From the NCBI GenBank assembly GCA_963775425.1, contig CAVZJB010000012.1, positions 32,001 through 96,000 on the forward strand: 64,000 nt of DNA, written 5' to 3'. The DNA comes from an uncultured delta proteobacterium. GTDB taxonomy: Bacteria; Myxococcota; UBA727; VGSZ01. The position numbers and the translations under genes were made by a program. The notes below the pieces were generated by a model. It was not told the DNA's origin. It did not search any database and saw only the letters and a program-made list of their open reading frames with translations. Below, piece by piece: positions 36,101 to 47,303 of the stretch (the stretch's first letter is position 1; each line of letters begins with the position of its first letter).

Positions 36101-37733
36101 AACGACGGCTCGTCCATCACGGAATTCGGGTTCTCGCCGCTGCAGAGCGTCGGGGGGTTCTCGCTCGGAGACGCCAAGTCGCTCTCGGTGCAGGGCAACA
36201 CGCTCGCCGTCGTCTCCGACTTCGGCGTCGGCCTCCTCAACCTCGACACCGTGTGGTCGAACGCCGCGCCGACGCTGTTTTCGTCCATCACCGCCAACTC
36301 CGTCACCGGCAAGGGGGTGGGCGTGGACATCCAGGGGAACCGGCTGGCCATCGGCGGCAGCAACGGCCACAACCTGTGGGACATCACCAACCCGGCGAGC
36401 CCGGTGGAGGTCACCACCGACTGCAGCGCCTCCACGGGCTTGCTGCGCGCGGCCAAGCTCGCCGGGCGTACCTTCTACTTCGTCGGCGTCGACAACACGC
36501 TCTACTCCTGCGACACGTTCACGGGGTTGGAGCGGTCGAGCGCGTCCACGGAGAGAGCGCACATCGCGCTCCTCGGGCCGTATCTGGTCACCACCGGCAG
36601 CGGCGCCCTCGAGGTCATCGACGCGTCCGATCGCACCGACATCCGCTTCATCGGGCGTGATGACTCGGGCGGGTTCGGCGACATCGATCTCGGTCCCCTG
36701 GCGGTCGACAAGACGCGCGCCTACTGGGCCACCGGCGTCGGCAGCGACCTCCGCGTGGTCGACTTCACCCGCGTCCGCGCGCTGGAGCAGGCCGATCAGG
36801 AGGGCAACCTCGAGGGCGACAACGCGTCCACCCTCCTCGGCGACGCGTACGTCAACGACATCAGCGACGTCGCCCACGTCCAGCGCTTCGGAGTGCAGAT
36901 CGACGCCAGCGGCTCCGGCGTCGGCATCAACGATCTCGTCGAGGAAAACGGCATCGTCATCGCGCTCAGCACGGGACACATGCGGCTGGAGACGCGCTCG
37001 TCGAACGGCGGACTCACCTCGCCCTTCGTCGTCGCCACCGCCGCCAGCGGGACGTCGGCCACGGTGGCCTCGGCGGTCCTGCGCTGGCCGTACCTCGTCA
37101 CCGTGGAAGACGGCGCGAGCGTCACGGTGCGGAGCTACGACCTCACCACCTGGACCTCGTCCGTGGGGCCGACGCTCCGATCCACCCAGACCATCCCCGT
37201 CACCGCCGGCGTCCGGCTCACCAAGTCGTCCATCTCGTACATGCGCGGCTCGATCTACGTCGGCGTCGGCGACTTCAGCGGCTCCGACGCGGCGCGCGGC
37301 GTCTACCGCATCCCCTTCAACGAGGCGAGCGGCGGCACGCTCAGCACGGCGCAGCCAGGTCCTGTCCGACACGTCCGGCGTCATCGGCCTCTCGCGCCAC
37401 GGGTACCGCATGCTCTTCTGGAAGCACGGCGGCGTGCTCCAGGTGCAGAACTTCCCCACCGCCACATGGAGCGCGGGGAACATCCTCGTGACGTCCGTGA
37501 CCGCCGGCGGCGTCGACGACCCCTCGCCGCGCTCCGTGGGCAACACCGTGTACTTCCCGCGCTCGTCGAGCGTCGGCGTCGTCCAGCTCGACTACGACAC
37601 CGACGGCTTCGCCACCGGCGCGCGCCAACGCATGCAGTTCCCCGGCTCCATCATCGAGGGCGTCGAGGTGGCCGGCGACCGCATGCTGATCAACGAGCAC
37701 GCCCGCCCGCTGATCCTCGTCAGCGTCCGCTGA
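24127..37733 (+). CDS. Giant (~4,500 aa) surface lipoprotein/adhesin: carboxypeptidase-regulatory-like domains, ~30 Ig-like repeats, FN3, LVIVD-like propeller; frameshifts at ~25651 and ~37352
   Basis: Lipobox AASC then NPFDP; about 32 DAAGN...LD(T/R)xxP boundaries; ISLSW...FHVHY...AVTAYDHAGNE; ORFs 24127, 25667 and 36657..37733 join by removing one base at each break. Confidence 0.85.
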
Positions 37734-37739
37734 CGGCGC

Positions 37740-38708
37740 TCAGCGCTCGCCGCGGATGCGCAGGGCTTCGAGGACGAGGTCGGGGCGGTCCGACTGCGGG
37801 ACGTCGAGGCCCTGGTCGAGGACGGGGTTGTAGTCGGCGTCGCCGCCGAGGTTGGCGAGGACGTCGATGGTGAAGACGTCGGTGAGGACGCGGGTGCCGC
37901 GGTCGTGGACCACGGCGAGCCCTTCGTCGAGCTCGTCGAGGTGGAGCTCCACGAGCGCCGGCAACCGCGGCGCGAAGTGGTCGAGCTCGGTGCCGACGGC
38001 GGCGACGGTGTCGGGCCGGTTCATGAAGTGCAGGTTCGGCTCGAGGGCGAGCGCGGCGTCGATCTTGTCCACGCTGCTCGTGTCGAAGATGGCCCAGTCG
38101 ACGGCGTCGGCGTCCTCGATGGCCTGAACGAGCCCGGCGACGTCGTCGGTCTTGTTGGCGTCCACGAGCACCACCACGCGCTCGCGGCAGGTCTGCAGGA
38201 TCTCTTCGAGCGTCGGCACCTTGTCGCAGGAGAAGTCGCCTGGGAGCCCCTTGTCCTTGATGTGCAGCGCGCGGACCTCGTCGAAGGTCATCGCCGCGAC
38301 CTCGCCCGTGCCGTCGGTGGTGCGGTCGACGGTGGGGTCGTGGATGTTGACGAGGACGCCGTCGCTCGTGGGCCGCGGGTCCGTCTCGACGAAGTCGACG
38401 CCGACGGCGATGCCGGCGCGGTACGCCGACAGCGTGTCCTCGGGCGCGATCAGCCCGAGCTGGCCGCCGGCGCCGCGGTGAGCGGAGACCTGGCGGGTGC
38501 GGCACGACGGATCGAGCGCGCAGGCGACGGGCACCGGGCTCGCGCGCGCGGGCAGCCGGTCGCCGTTCGGCCCGAGCGAGCTGCAGTCGAACGCGCTTGG
38601 GTCGACGTGCACGACGTCGCCCGGGCCGGCGTCGGGCGCGCCGTCGACGGCCGGCGCGCACGCGGCGCAGGTCGCGATGACGAGCCAGGCGGCGCCGCGC
38701 CGGCTCAC
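37740..38708 (-). CDS. Glycerophosphodiester phosphodiesterase family lipoprotein
   Basis: SAHRG...APEDTLSAY...VETDPRPTSDGVLVNIHDPTVDRTTDG...VPTLEE...SDRPD; GTG start approximate. Confidence 0.88.
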   Translation of the reverse strand: MSRRGAAWLVIATCAACAPAVDGAPDAGPGDVVHVDPSAFDCSSLGPNGDRLPARASPVPVACALDPSCRTRQVSAHRGAGGQLGLIAPEDTLSAYRAGIAVGVDFVETDPRPTSDGVLVNIHDPTVDRTTDGTGEVAAMTFDEVRALHIKDKGLPGDFSCDKVPTLEEILQTCRERVVVLVDANKTDDVAGLVQAIEDADAVDWAIFDTSSVDKIDAALALEPNLHFMNRPDTVAAVGTELDHFAPRLPALVELHLDELDEGLAVVHDRGTRVLTDVFTIDVLANLGGDADYNPVLDQGLDVPQSDRPDLVLEALRIRGER

Positions 38709-38805
38709 GCGGGGAGCGCCTCGGATCGGCGACCGGAGGGAGCGGCCGCGCTTGATCGCCGCGGCGTCGTCGGCGTCTCGCGCGTCATCCCGTCGATGCG
38801 CCGGG

Positions 38806-40891
<2,086 letters not shown>

Positions 40892-41025
40892 GGGGCACCC
40901 CGGTGCCGACACGTTATCGGCGGAGCCCGAGAGCACCCGCAGGTGTCTCGTTCCGCGGCACGGCAAGCGAGGGATTCTTTCTGCCCAAAGAGATTCGCGG
41001 ATCGGAGGGAGGAGCGGCCGGCGCG

Positions 41026-41583
41026 TCAGCGGGCGGACGACCAGTCCGCCGGGTACGTGACATAGAAGAGGCGCGTCTTGTGCGGCGTGTTGAAGACGAT
41101 GGCGCTGCCCTTGGGGATGTAGACGACGTCGCCGGCACTGGCCTCGACCACGCGGCCCTCGATGTGCACGTGGAGCACGCCCCCGAGGACGAGGTCGATC
41201 TCGTCGTACTCGAGCTTCCATGAAAACGCGTCCGCGCGCGAAAACGCCATGAAGCCCGCGGTCATCGGCGCGCGGTCTTTGCCGGTGACGACGTCGAGCA
41301 GCCCGACGTTCTTGCCGGCGCCGGCGGGCGCGAAGCGCTCGAGCCGCACGCTCTCCCCGCGCACCACCACCACGCCCGACGCGTCCACGCTTCGTTCGCC
41401 GCCGCCGCCGCTCGCCTCCGCGAGGTCTTCGCCCTCGGCGCTCGTGTCGATGACGACGCCGAGCTCCCGCGCGCGCGACCACGCGCTCGGCGTCACCACC
41501 GTGCTCGCCGGCGGCGCGCCAATCCTCCGGCGCCCGGCGGCGTACTGCTGCGCGACGACCTCGTCGGTGACGACCCTCTTCAC
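41026..41583 (-). CDS. eutQ: EutQ-like cupin (ethanolamine utilisation family)
   Basis: VVTPSA..RARELGV N-terminus; MTAGFM...[16 protein letters not shown]...[15 protein letters not shown]....FYVTYPADW. Confidence 0.8.
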   Translation of the reverse strand: MKRVVTDEVVAQQYAAGRRRIGAPPASTVVTPSAWSRARELGVVIDTSAEGEDLAEASGGGGERSVDASGVVVVRGESVRLERFAPAGAGKNVGLLDVVTGKDRAPMTAGFMAFSRADAFSWKLEYDEIDLVLGGVLHVHIEGRVVEASAGDVVYIPKGSAIVFNTPHKTRLFYVTYPADWSSAR

Positions 41584-41666
41584 CCCGCCCGCGTACCTCC
41601 GGCCACCGCCGGCGGCAAGGCATGCGCGCCGGGCCAGACCCCGAGGCGCGCGTGGCCGCCCCGCGC

Positions 41667-41672
41667 TAACGT
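41667..41672 (+). promoter_or_regulatory. Putative -10 box (TAACGT), 8 nt before ATG; leaderless-type start
   Basis: TANNNT with no SD before ATG 41681. Confidence 0.4.
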
Positions 41673-41680
41673 GCGCGGCC

Positions 41681-42238
41681 ATGGCGCGCGAAGTCTTCGT
41701 CTCCACCGACGTCGAGGCCGACGGTCCGATCCCCGGCCCGCACTCGATGCTCTCGTTCGCCTCCGTCGCCTTCGACGAGGACGGCGCCGAGCTGTCGTCG
41801 TTTTCGCGCAACCTCGACACGCTCGCTGGCGCCGCCGGCCACAAGGACACCATGGCGTGGTGGGAGACGCAGAGGGCGGCGTGGGAGGCGTGCCGCAAGG
41901 ACACGGTGCCCCCCGAGGCGGCGATGAAGGAGTACCTCGCCTGGCTCGACGGGCTGCCCGGGCGCCCCGTGTTCGTCGCCTATCCCGCCGGCTTCGACTT
42001 CATGTTCGTCTATTGGTACCTGATGCGCTTCGCGGGCAAGTCGCCGTTTTCGCACTCCGCGCTCGACATCAAGACCTACACGATGTGCACGCTCAAGCTT
42101 CGCTTCCGCGAGAGCACCAAGCGCAACATGCCGCGCCGCTGGTTCCCCGCGGTGAAGCACAGCCACGTCGCCCTCGACGACGCGCGCGAGCAGGGCTTGC
42201 TGTTCATGGCCATGCGCGAGGAGCGCCTGCGCGGGTGA
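41681..42238 (+). CDS. DEDDh 3'-5' exonuclease (exoribonuclease-like)
   Basis: [29 protein letters not shown]. Confidence 0.88.
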   Translation: MAREVFVSTDVEADGPIPGPHSMLSFASVAFDEDGAELSSFSRNLDTLAGAAGHKDTMAWWETQRAAWEACRKDTVPPEAAMKEYLAWLDGLPGRPVFVAYPAGFDFMFVYWYLMRFAGKSPFSHSALDIKTYTMCTLKLRFRESTKRNMPRRWFPAVKHSHVALDDAREQGLLFMAMREERLRG

Positions 42239-42352
42239 CGCGGCGTCCTCCCGTCGTCGTCGGTCATCGATCCGAGACGTGACGCGGGACACTCCCACCG
42301 GTGGGATGCCCGAGATCAACGAATTCCGCCGAAGCGCCATCATCGACGGGCG

Positions 42353-44311
42353 ATGCAGCGGTACCAGATCTATGGGCGGTTGGCGGCGGGCGCGATGGGC
42401 GAGGTGCTCCTCGCCCGCGAGCGCAGCCGCGCCGGCCGGCTCGTCGCCGTCAAGCGTATGTTGGTGCGCAGCGACGAGGCGACCACGCAACTCCTCGAGG
42501 AGGCGCGCGTGTGCGCGACCGTGGCCCACCCCCACGTGGTCGGCGTGCTCGACGTCGGCGCCGACGAGGACGGGCCGTTCCTCGTGCTCGAGTACGTGCA
42601 CGGCGCCACGCTCGGCGCGTTGGCGGATCGGGCGGTGGCGGGCGGCGAGCTGTTGCCGGTGGAGGCGGTGGCGCGCGCGATCCACGACGTCGCCCTCGGC
42701 CTCGCGGCGGCGCACGACGCCGGCGTCGTGCACCGCGACGTGAAGCCCTCGAACATCCTCGTGTCCCTCGAGGGACAGGCGCGCGTCGCCGACTTCGGCA
42801 TCGCGTACGCCGCCAAGCGCCTGGTGGCGCCCACCGAGGCGGGCTTCGTCCGCGGCACGCTGCGCTACATGTCGCCCGAGCAGCTCGAGGCCAAGGACGT
42901 CGGCGCGGCGAGCGACCAGTTCGCGCTCGGCATCGTCCTGTGGGAGGCGCTCGCGGGCGCGCCGCTGTTCTACGCGCTCGGCGACCACGACGTCGACGTC
43001 GCGCGCAGGGTGCTCTCGGGCCGCGTGCCGCCGCTGCGCTCGCTGCGTGACGACGTGCCGCGCGCGCTCGAGGCCGCGGTGCTGCGGATGCTCGCGCGCC
43101 GCCCGGGGGATCGCTTCCCGAGCTGCGCGGCGGCCGCGGCGGCGCTGCGCGCGGCGTTCGACGCCGCCGCCTTCGAGCGCGCGCAGGAGGGCCTCGGCGG
43201 CGTGGCGCGGCTGCTGGTGGGGCGCGAGACCGATCGACGGCTGGCGCGGCTGACGGAGCGGACGGCGTTCGACGTCCCTTCCATCCACGCGCTGAACACG
43301 GCGGTGGAGGCGCCGACGCTGACGTCCGTTCCGCGGCCCGTGCGCGACGACGCACCGCGGACGCTCCCGCCGATCGACGAGTCGGTGACCTCCCGCGATC
43401 TGCCGACGGCGCCCACGCGCAAGGCGCGACGCAAGACGCCGCAGGCGAGCCCGCTGCCTGAGCTCGACGTCGACACGCACGCCCCGACCGCGGCCTTCGC
43501 CGTGCCTTCGTCCCCGCGGCGGGCGTCCCCGCGGCGGGCGTCGCCGCCGGCCAAAGACGACGGCGCGCCGGACGCCGGCGCCGTCGCGTCCGCCGACGAC
43601 ACCCCCACGGGCGCCTTCGCCGCGGCGACGGCGTCCACGGGAGTGCGCCCCGCGCGCGCCGCCCGCTGGCCCGTCGCGGCCGCGGTCGTCGCCGTGGTGG
43701 CGGCCGCGTGCGCGTCCTGCGTGGCGGTGCTCGCGACGACGTCGCGCTCGCCCGGCGCGGCCGTCGACGCGCCGGCGATCGTCGAGGTGCCGCGGATAGC
43801 CCCCTACGCCGATCCCGACGGGCGCGCCGCGCAAAGCCCGCCCATCGCCGATCACGCCGTCGCCGATCACGTCGTCGCCGACCACGGCGTCGCCGATCAC
43901 GCCGTCGCCGATCACGGGGCCGTCGACGACGGCAGCGCCGCGGCCCCCGCAGAGAGCGCGACGCCCGTATCGACAGGCCCGTCGCCGTCCTCGGCGCGAC
44001 ACGCGGCGCGCAGGGCAAGCGAGCTCCCCGAGCGCGCCGGGGCCCGGCGGGCGCGCGCGCGCGCCGTCCGCTTCGCGGGCGCCCGCGAGCCGCACCTGGT
44101 GCTCGCGGTCGACGCGTCGATGCGCGCGAGCGCGCAGCAGCGCCTGCGCGGATGCCGCCTCGCGCGCTCCGTCGTCGGCGTCGTCCGCGCGCGGCCCCAC
44201 GGCGTCGCGGTGACCAGCCAGCCGCGCAACGAGTGCGTGGAGCGCGCGCTCGCGCACGCCCTCCGCGGATTCAAGGGCGACGTCGAGCCCTACCAGATCG
44301 ATCGGGATTGA
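42353..44311 (+). CDS. Ser/Thr protein kinase with transmembrane segment
   Basis: GAMGEV, VAVK, HRDVKPSN, DFG, GTLRYMSPE; hydrophobic AVVAVVAAA segment. Confidence 0.9.
   Translation: MQRYQIYGRLAAGAMGEVLLARERSRAGRLVAVKRMLVRSDEATTQLLEEARVCATVAHPHVVGVLDVGADEDGPFLVLEYVHGATLGALADRAVAGGELLPVEAVARAIHDVALGLAAAHDAGVVHRDVKPSNILVSLEGQARVADFGIAYAAKRLVAPTEAGFVRGTLRYMSPEQLEAKDVGAASDQFALGIVLWEALAGAPLFYALGDHDVDVARRVLSGRVPPLRSLRDDVPRALEAAVLRMLARRPGDRFPSCAAAAAALRAAFDAAAFERAQEGLGGVARLLVGRETDRRLARLTERTAFDVPSIHALNTAVEAPTLTSVPRPVRDDAPRTLPPIDESVTSRDLPTAPTRKARRKTPQASPLPELDVDTHAPTAAFAVPSSPRRASPRRASPPAKDDGAPDAGAVASADDTPTGAFAAATASTGVRPARAARWPVAAAVVAVVAAACASCVAVLATTSRSPGAAVDAPAIVEVPRIAPYADPDGRAAQSPPIADHAVADHVVADHGVADHAVADHGAVDDGSAAAPAESATPVSTGPSPSSARHAARRASELPERAGARRARARAVRFAGAREPHLVLAVDASMRASAQQRLRGCRLARSVVGVVRARPHGVAVTSQPRNECVERALAHALRGFKGDVEPYQIDRD
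43847..43921 (+). repeat. 5 x 15-bp coding repeat (ADHxV)
   Basis: gccgatcacgccgtc units. Confidence 0.9.
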
Positions 44312-44455
44312 TTCCCCGGGCCGCGCCTTCGTGCCGCAGCCCCGTGTCGGCGGCGCGTCGTTCGTCCCCGGCGCGACGCGGCGGCTGAGCCACTCTGAGG
44401 CAATCGTTGCGACCGATACGATTTTCGTCAGGGCGTCCGTTAGCATCGTCGTCCG

Positions 44456-45274
44456 ATGCTCACCCTCGCGCTCCTCGCCTCGCTGGCGGCACCGGTGGTG
44501 CGCGTCGCCGTCGAAGGCGACGATCCGGTGGTGGGCTTCGTGCGCGCGCGGCTCTCCGCCGCCGGCCTCGCCCTCGTCGAGCCCAACCAGGCCGACGTGC
44601 GCGTGCGCCTGCGCGTCCTCGAGCACGGCGGCATCCACGTCGTCGTCGAAGACCGCCGCGGCGTCCTCGTGGACCGCGACCTCGACGGTGACGAGCCCCA
44701 GGTCGCCGCGTGGCTCGCCGTGCGCGACGCCGTCGAGCGCGTCGACGTCAGCGCGCCGCCGCCCTCCACGCAAAAGCCCGCCCCGCTCCCCGTCGCCGTC
44801 GACGTCCTCGCCGGCGCCGCCCCCGACGTCGGCCTGTCGTCGACGTCGTTCTTCCCCGTCGCGCTCGTCGTCAGCGCGCGCTGGCCCGTGGTCCCCCACC
44901 TCCGCATCGTCGCCGACGCCGGCTACGCCGTCGGCTTTTCGTCGGGCGTCGTGCTCCACAGCCTCCCCGTCCGCTTCGGCGCCGAGGCCACCGGCGGCGA
45001 CGACGTCGAGTGGTCCGCCGGCGCGCGCGTCTCCACCACGCCGAGCCTGGCGGTCTCCGGCTCGCGCGCGGGTGGCGGCGTCGGCGCCGCCGTCGCCGCG
45101 TACGGCCGCGTCGCGTTCCCGCTCGGGCGCGTGCTCGGCCTCGACGCCGCCGCCGTCGTCGAGGCCGGCCTCGAGTCCAAGCTCGTCCGCGAGGTCGTCG
45201 TCACCGACGCCGGCACGCGCCAGGAGCCCCTGTTCGCCGCGCCCGTCTCCGTCGGCGTGGAGGTGCGCCTGTGA
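44456..45274 (+). CDS. Secreted hypothetical protein with beta-barrel-like C-terminus, first gene of the ECF sigma operon
   Basis: Signal-like MLTLALLASLAA; amphipathic strands ending VSVGVEVRL; TAGCAT 9 nt upstream. Confidence 0.7.
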   Translation: MLTLALLASLAAPVVRVAVEGDDPVVGFVRARLSAAGLALVEPNQADVRVRLRVLEHGGIHVVVEDRRGVLVDRDLDGDEPQVAAWLAVRDAVERVDVSAPPPSTQKPAPLPVAVDVLAGAAPDVGLSSTSFFPVALVVSARWPVVPHLRIVADAGYAVGFSSGVVLHSLPVRFGAEATGGDDVEWSAGARVSTTPSLAVSGSRAGGGVGAAVAAYGRVAFPLGRVLGLDAAAVVEAGLESKLVREVVVTDAGTRQEPLFAAPVSVGVEVRL

Positions 45275-45283
45275 GACGTCCTG

Positions 45284-45289
45284 TGTCAA
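45284..45289 (-). promoter_or_regulatory. Outward-facing -35 box (TTGACA) at the IS110 right end
   Basis: Perfect TTGACA; in the circle junction it lies 17 nt before CAACCT from the left end. Confidence 0.6.
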
Positions 45290-45312
45290 CCACCGCGCTG
45301 CGTCACGCCATC

Positions 45313-46518
45313 TCAGGCGGCGAGCGCGGCGGCGCGGCCGTGAAGGGCCGGGTCGTACGGGACGCGGGCTTTCCAGCACGCGTACAGCACCCGGAGCCAC
45401 GCACGAGCGAGGATGCGGGTCGCATGCGGGTGGTCGTGGCCGCGAGCGCGGGCAGCGTCGTAGAGGGCGGCGGCCCATGGCGAGCTGTGTCGCGAGTTGT
45501 CGGCCCAGAGGGTCACGGCGGAGCGCAGGTGCTTGTTGCACGCCCACCGGAACGCGACGCCGACGTGCTTGCCGGACGCGAACGTTACGGGGCACACGCC
45601 AGCCTCGGCCTCGAGGTGCTCGTGGCTGTCGAAGCGCGCGCGCTCGTCGCCGAGCTCGCTGAGAATCTGCGCGGCGTTGATGCGTCCGCTGCGCGGAAAC
45701 GACATCACGATGTGCCCGTCGGGGTGCGCCTCGACGGCGTGTTCGACGGCGGCGTTGAGCTTCTTGAGACGTGCGACGACGATGTCGAGGACCGCGACGA
45801 GGTGCTGCACGGCTTCCCCCTTCGCCTCGGCCTCCATCTCGCCGCACTTGCCGCTGGGCGCACCTCGCAAGCGGCCCAGGAGCTCGGCGACGTCCCTGCG
45901 ACCGGAGTAGTGGTTGCGCGCCAGGAACGCTTCGAGCCGCTTCTCGCCGACGCGCTCGGCGTGCTGCGGTGTCGGGTACCTCCCGAGGAACGCCAGCGCG
46001 ATGGGCGAGTCGATGTCGCGGAAGATGCACGCGGCGCCGGCCCAGAAGCTCTCAACGAGCGCGCGCAGCTGGTTCGCCAGTGCAACCCGCTCGGCAACGA
46101 GGTCGCCGCGTGCGCGAACGAGGGCACGCAGCGCCTTCGTCTCGTCTCCGAGCGGCGTGAGCGTCTTGAAGCGATGCCCATCGGTGCGCAGCAAGTCTGC
46201 CAGCAGGTAGCTGTCGCCGGGGTCGCTCTTGGCGCCAACGCTCGAGTAGCGCGGACGCGTCGCTTTCACGACGTTCGGGTGAATCGGCACGACGTGGAAT
46301 CCCGCATCGACCAGCGTGTCGACGACGAGCCCCGTCGGCCGCTCGATGGCGATGCGCAGCGGCGCTTCCTCAGTGAACCTACGGAGCTTCGCCACAGCGC
46401 CGGTGAGACCCTCCTCGGTGTGCTTGACGACGAGGCGGAGCACGACGCTGCCCTTGTCGTCGATGACGCAGACGGCGTGTTCGTTCGCCGCCCAATCCAA
46501 ACCTGCAAAGTACGACAC
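45313..46518 (-). CDS. IS110-family DEDD recombinase/transposase
   Basis: AGGAGG then GTG 46518; AGLDWA, IAIE, KSDPGD, SFPRSG, AGVCPVTFASGK, CNKHLR. Confidence 0.95.
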   Translation of the reverse strand: MSYFAGLDWAANEHAVCVIDDKGSVVLRLVVKHTEEGLTGAVAKLRRFTEEAPLRIAIERPTGLVVDTLVDAGFHVVPIHPNVVKATRPRYSSVGAKSDPGDSYLLADLLRTDGHRFKTLTPLGDETKALRALVRARGDLVAERVALANQLRALVESFWAGAACIFRDIDSPIALAFLGRYPTPQHAERVGEKRLEAFLARNHYSGRRDVAELLGRLRGAPSGKCGEMEAEAKGEAVQHLVAVLDIVVARLKKLNAAVEHAVEAHPDGHIVMSFPRSGRINAAQILSELGDERARFDSHEHLEAEAGVCPVTFASGKHVGVAFRWACNKHLRSAVTLWADNSRHSSPWAAALYDAARARGHDHPHATRILARAWLRVLYACWKARVPYDPALHGRAAALAA

Positions 46519-46540
46519 GACGGACCTCCTTGTTGCGGTA

Positions 46541-46760
46541 CCGTCCCCCGGGCTGGGAGCCTTGATCGGTTGCTCATTGACAGGCGCTCCGTCGTCGTCA
46601 GCAAACATCGTCGGGCGCAACGTCCTGTAGCCGCTTCAAGGCTCCCGGCTTCGTCGAGGGGGCGGGTCTCACAGGGGCCGTTCACCGGCAAGCGAGCGCG
46701 GCCCTCCCCGACGAAGCCCGGGAGACGGCGCCGGGAAGATCGCTCAACCCGTCACCGCGG
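46541..46760 (-). ncRNA. Putative IS110 bridge RNA (target- and donor-binding loops)
   Basis: Stems 46541-53/46716-28, 46555-65/46636-46, ~46649-56/46709-16; loops carry matches to donor junction and target site; 5' end approximate. Confidence 0.8.
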
Positions 46761-46775
46761 CGTAGAGGTTGTCCA

Positions 46776-47303
46776 ATGAGCGACGACGTCGACGCCGTCG
46801 TGCGCGCCCACGGCCCCGACGTCTGGCGGCTGCTCAAGCGCATCTTCGGCCAGCACGCCGACGTCGACGACACCTTCCAGCAGGTGATGCTCGAGGTCGT
46901 GCGCGCGCTGCCGTCCTTCCGCGGCGACAGCGAGTTGTCGACGTGGATCCACCGCATCACGCTCAACGTGGCCTACCAGCGCATGCGGCGCGGCTACCGG
47001 GGTGTCGAGGTCGACCTCGACGAGGCCGGCGTCGCCGTGGCCGACGTCGACGTCGAGGGGCAGGTGGCCGACGCCCAGACCGCGCGCCGCCTCTACGAGA
47101 GCCTCGAGGCGCTGCCGCCCAAGAAGCGCATCGCCGTGGTGCTCCACGACGTCGAGGGCCTCACGCTCAAGGAGATCGGCGAGCGCCTGGGCATCCCGTT
47201 GCAGACCGTGGCGTCGCAGCTCCACTCCGGGCGGGCGATGCTCGCCGAGGCGCTGTTCGTCCAGGGCGAAAACCGCGCGCGCGCGAAGGGGGGCGAGCGA
47301 TGA
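46776..47303 (+). CDS. ECF sigma-70 factor
   Basis: DVDDTFQQVML...LPSFRGDSELSTWIHRITLN; LPPKKRIAVVLHDVEGLTLKEIGERLGIPLQTV. Confidence 0.93.
   Translation: MSDDVDAVVRAHGPDVWRLLKRIFGQHADVDDTFQQVMLEVVRALPSFRGDSELSTWIHRITLNVAYQRMRRGYRGVEVDLDEAGVAVADVDVEGQVADAQTARRLYESLEALPPKKRIAVVLHDVEGLTLKEIGERLGIPLQTVASQLHSGRAMLAEALFVQGENRARAKGGER

Larger units (their letters stand above)
45272..46780 (-). mobile_element. Complete IS110-family element flanked by a repeated TGAG core
   Basis: TGAG at 45272-45275 and 46777-46780; removing the element restores a GGAGG-n-GTGAGC coupled junction; transposase plus ~260 nt upstream non-coding end. Confidence 0.92.

Noticed and set aside
41666-46030. 1,454-aa minus-strand ORF
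   Set aside because: Spans several motif-supported genes in other frames; shadow ORF
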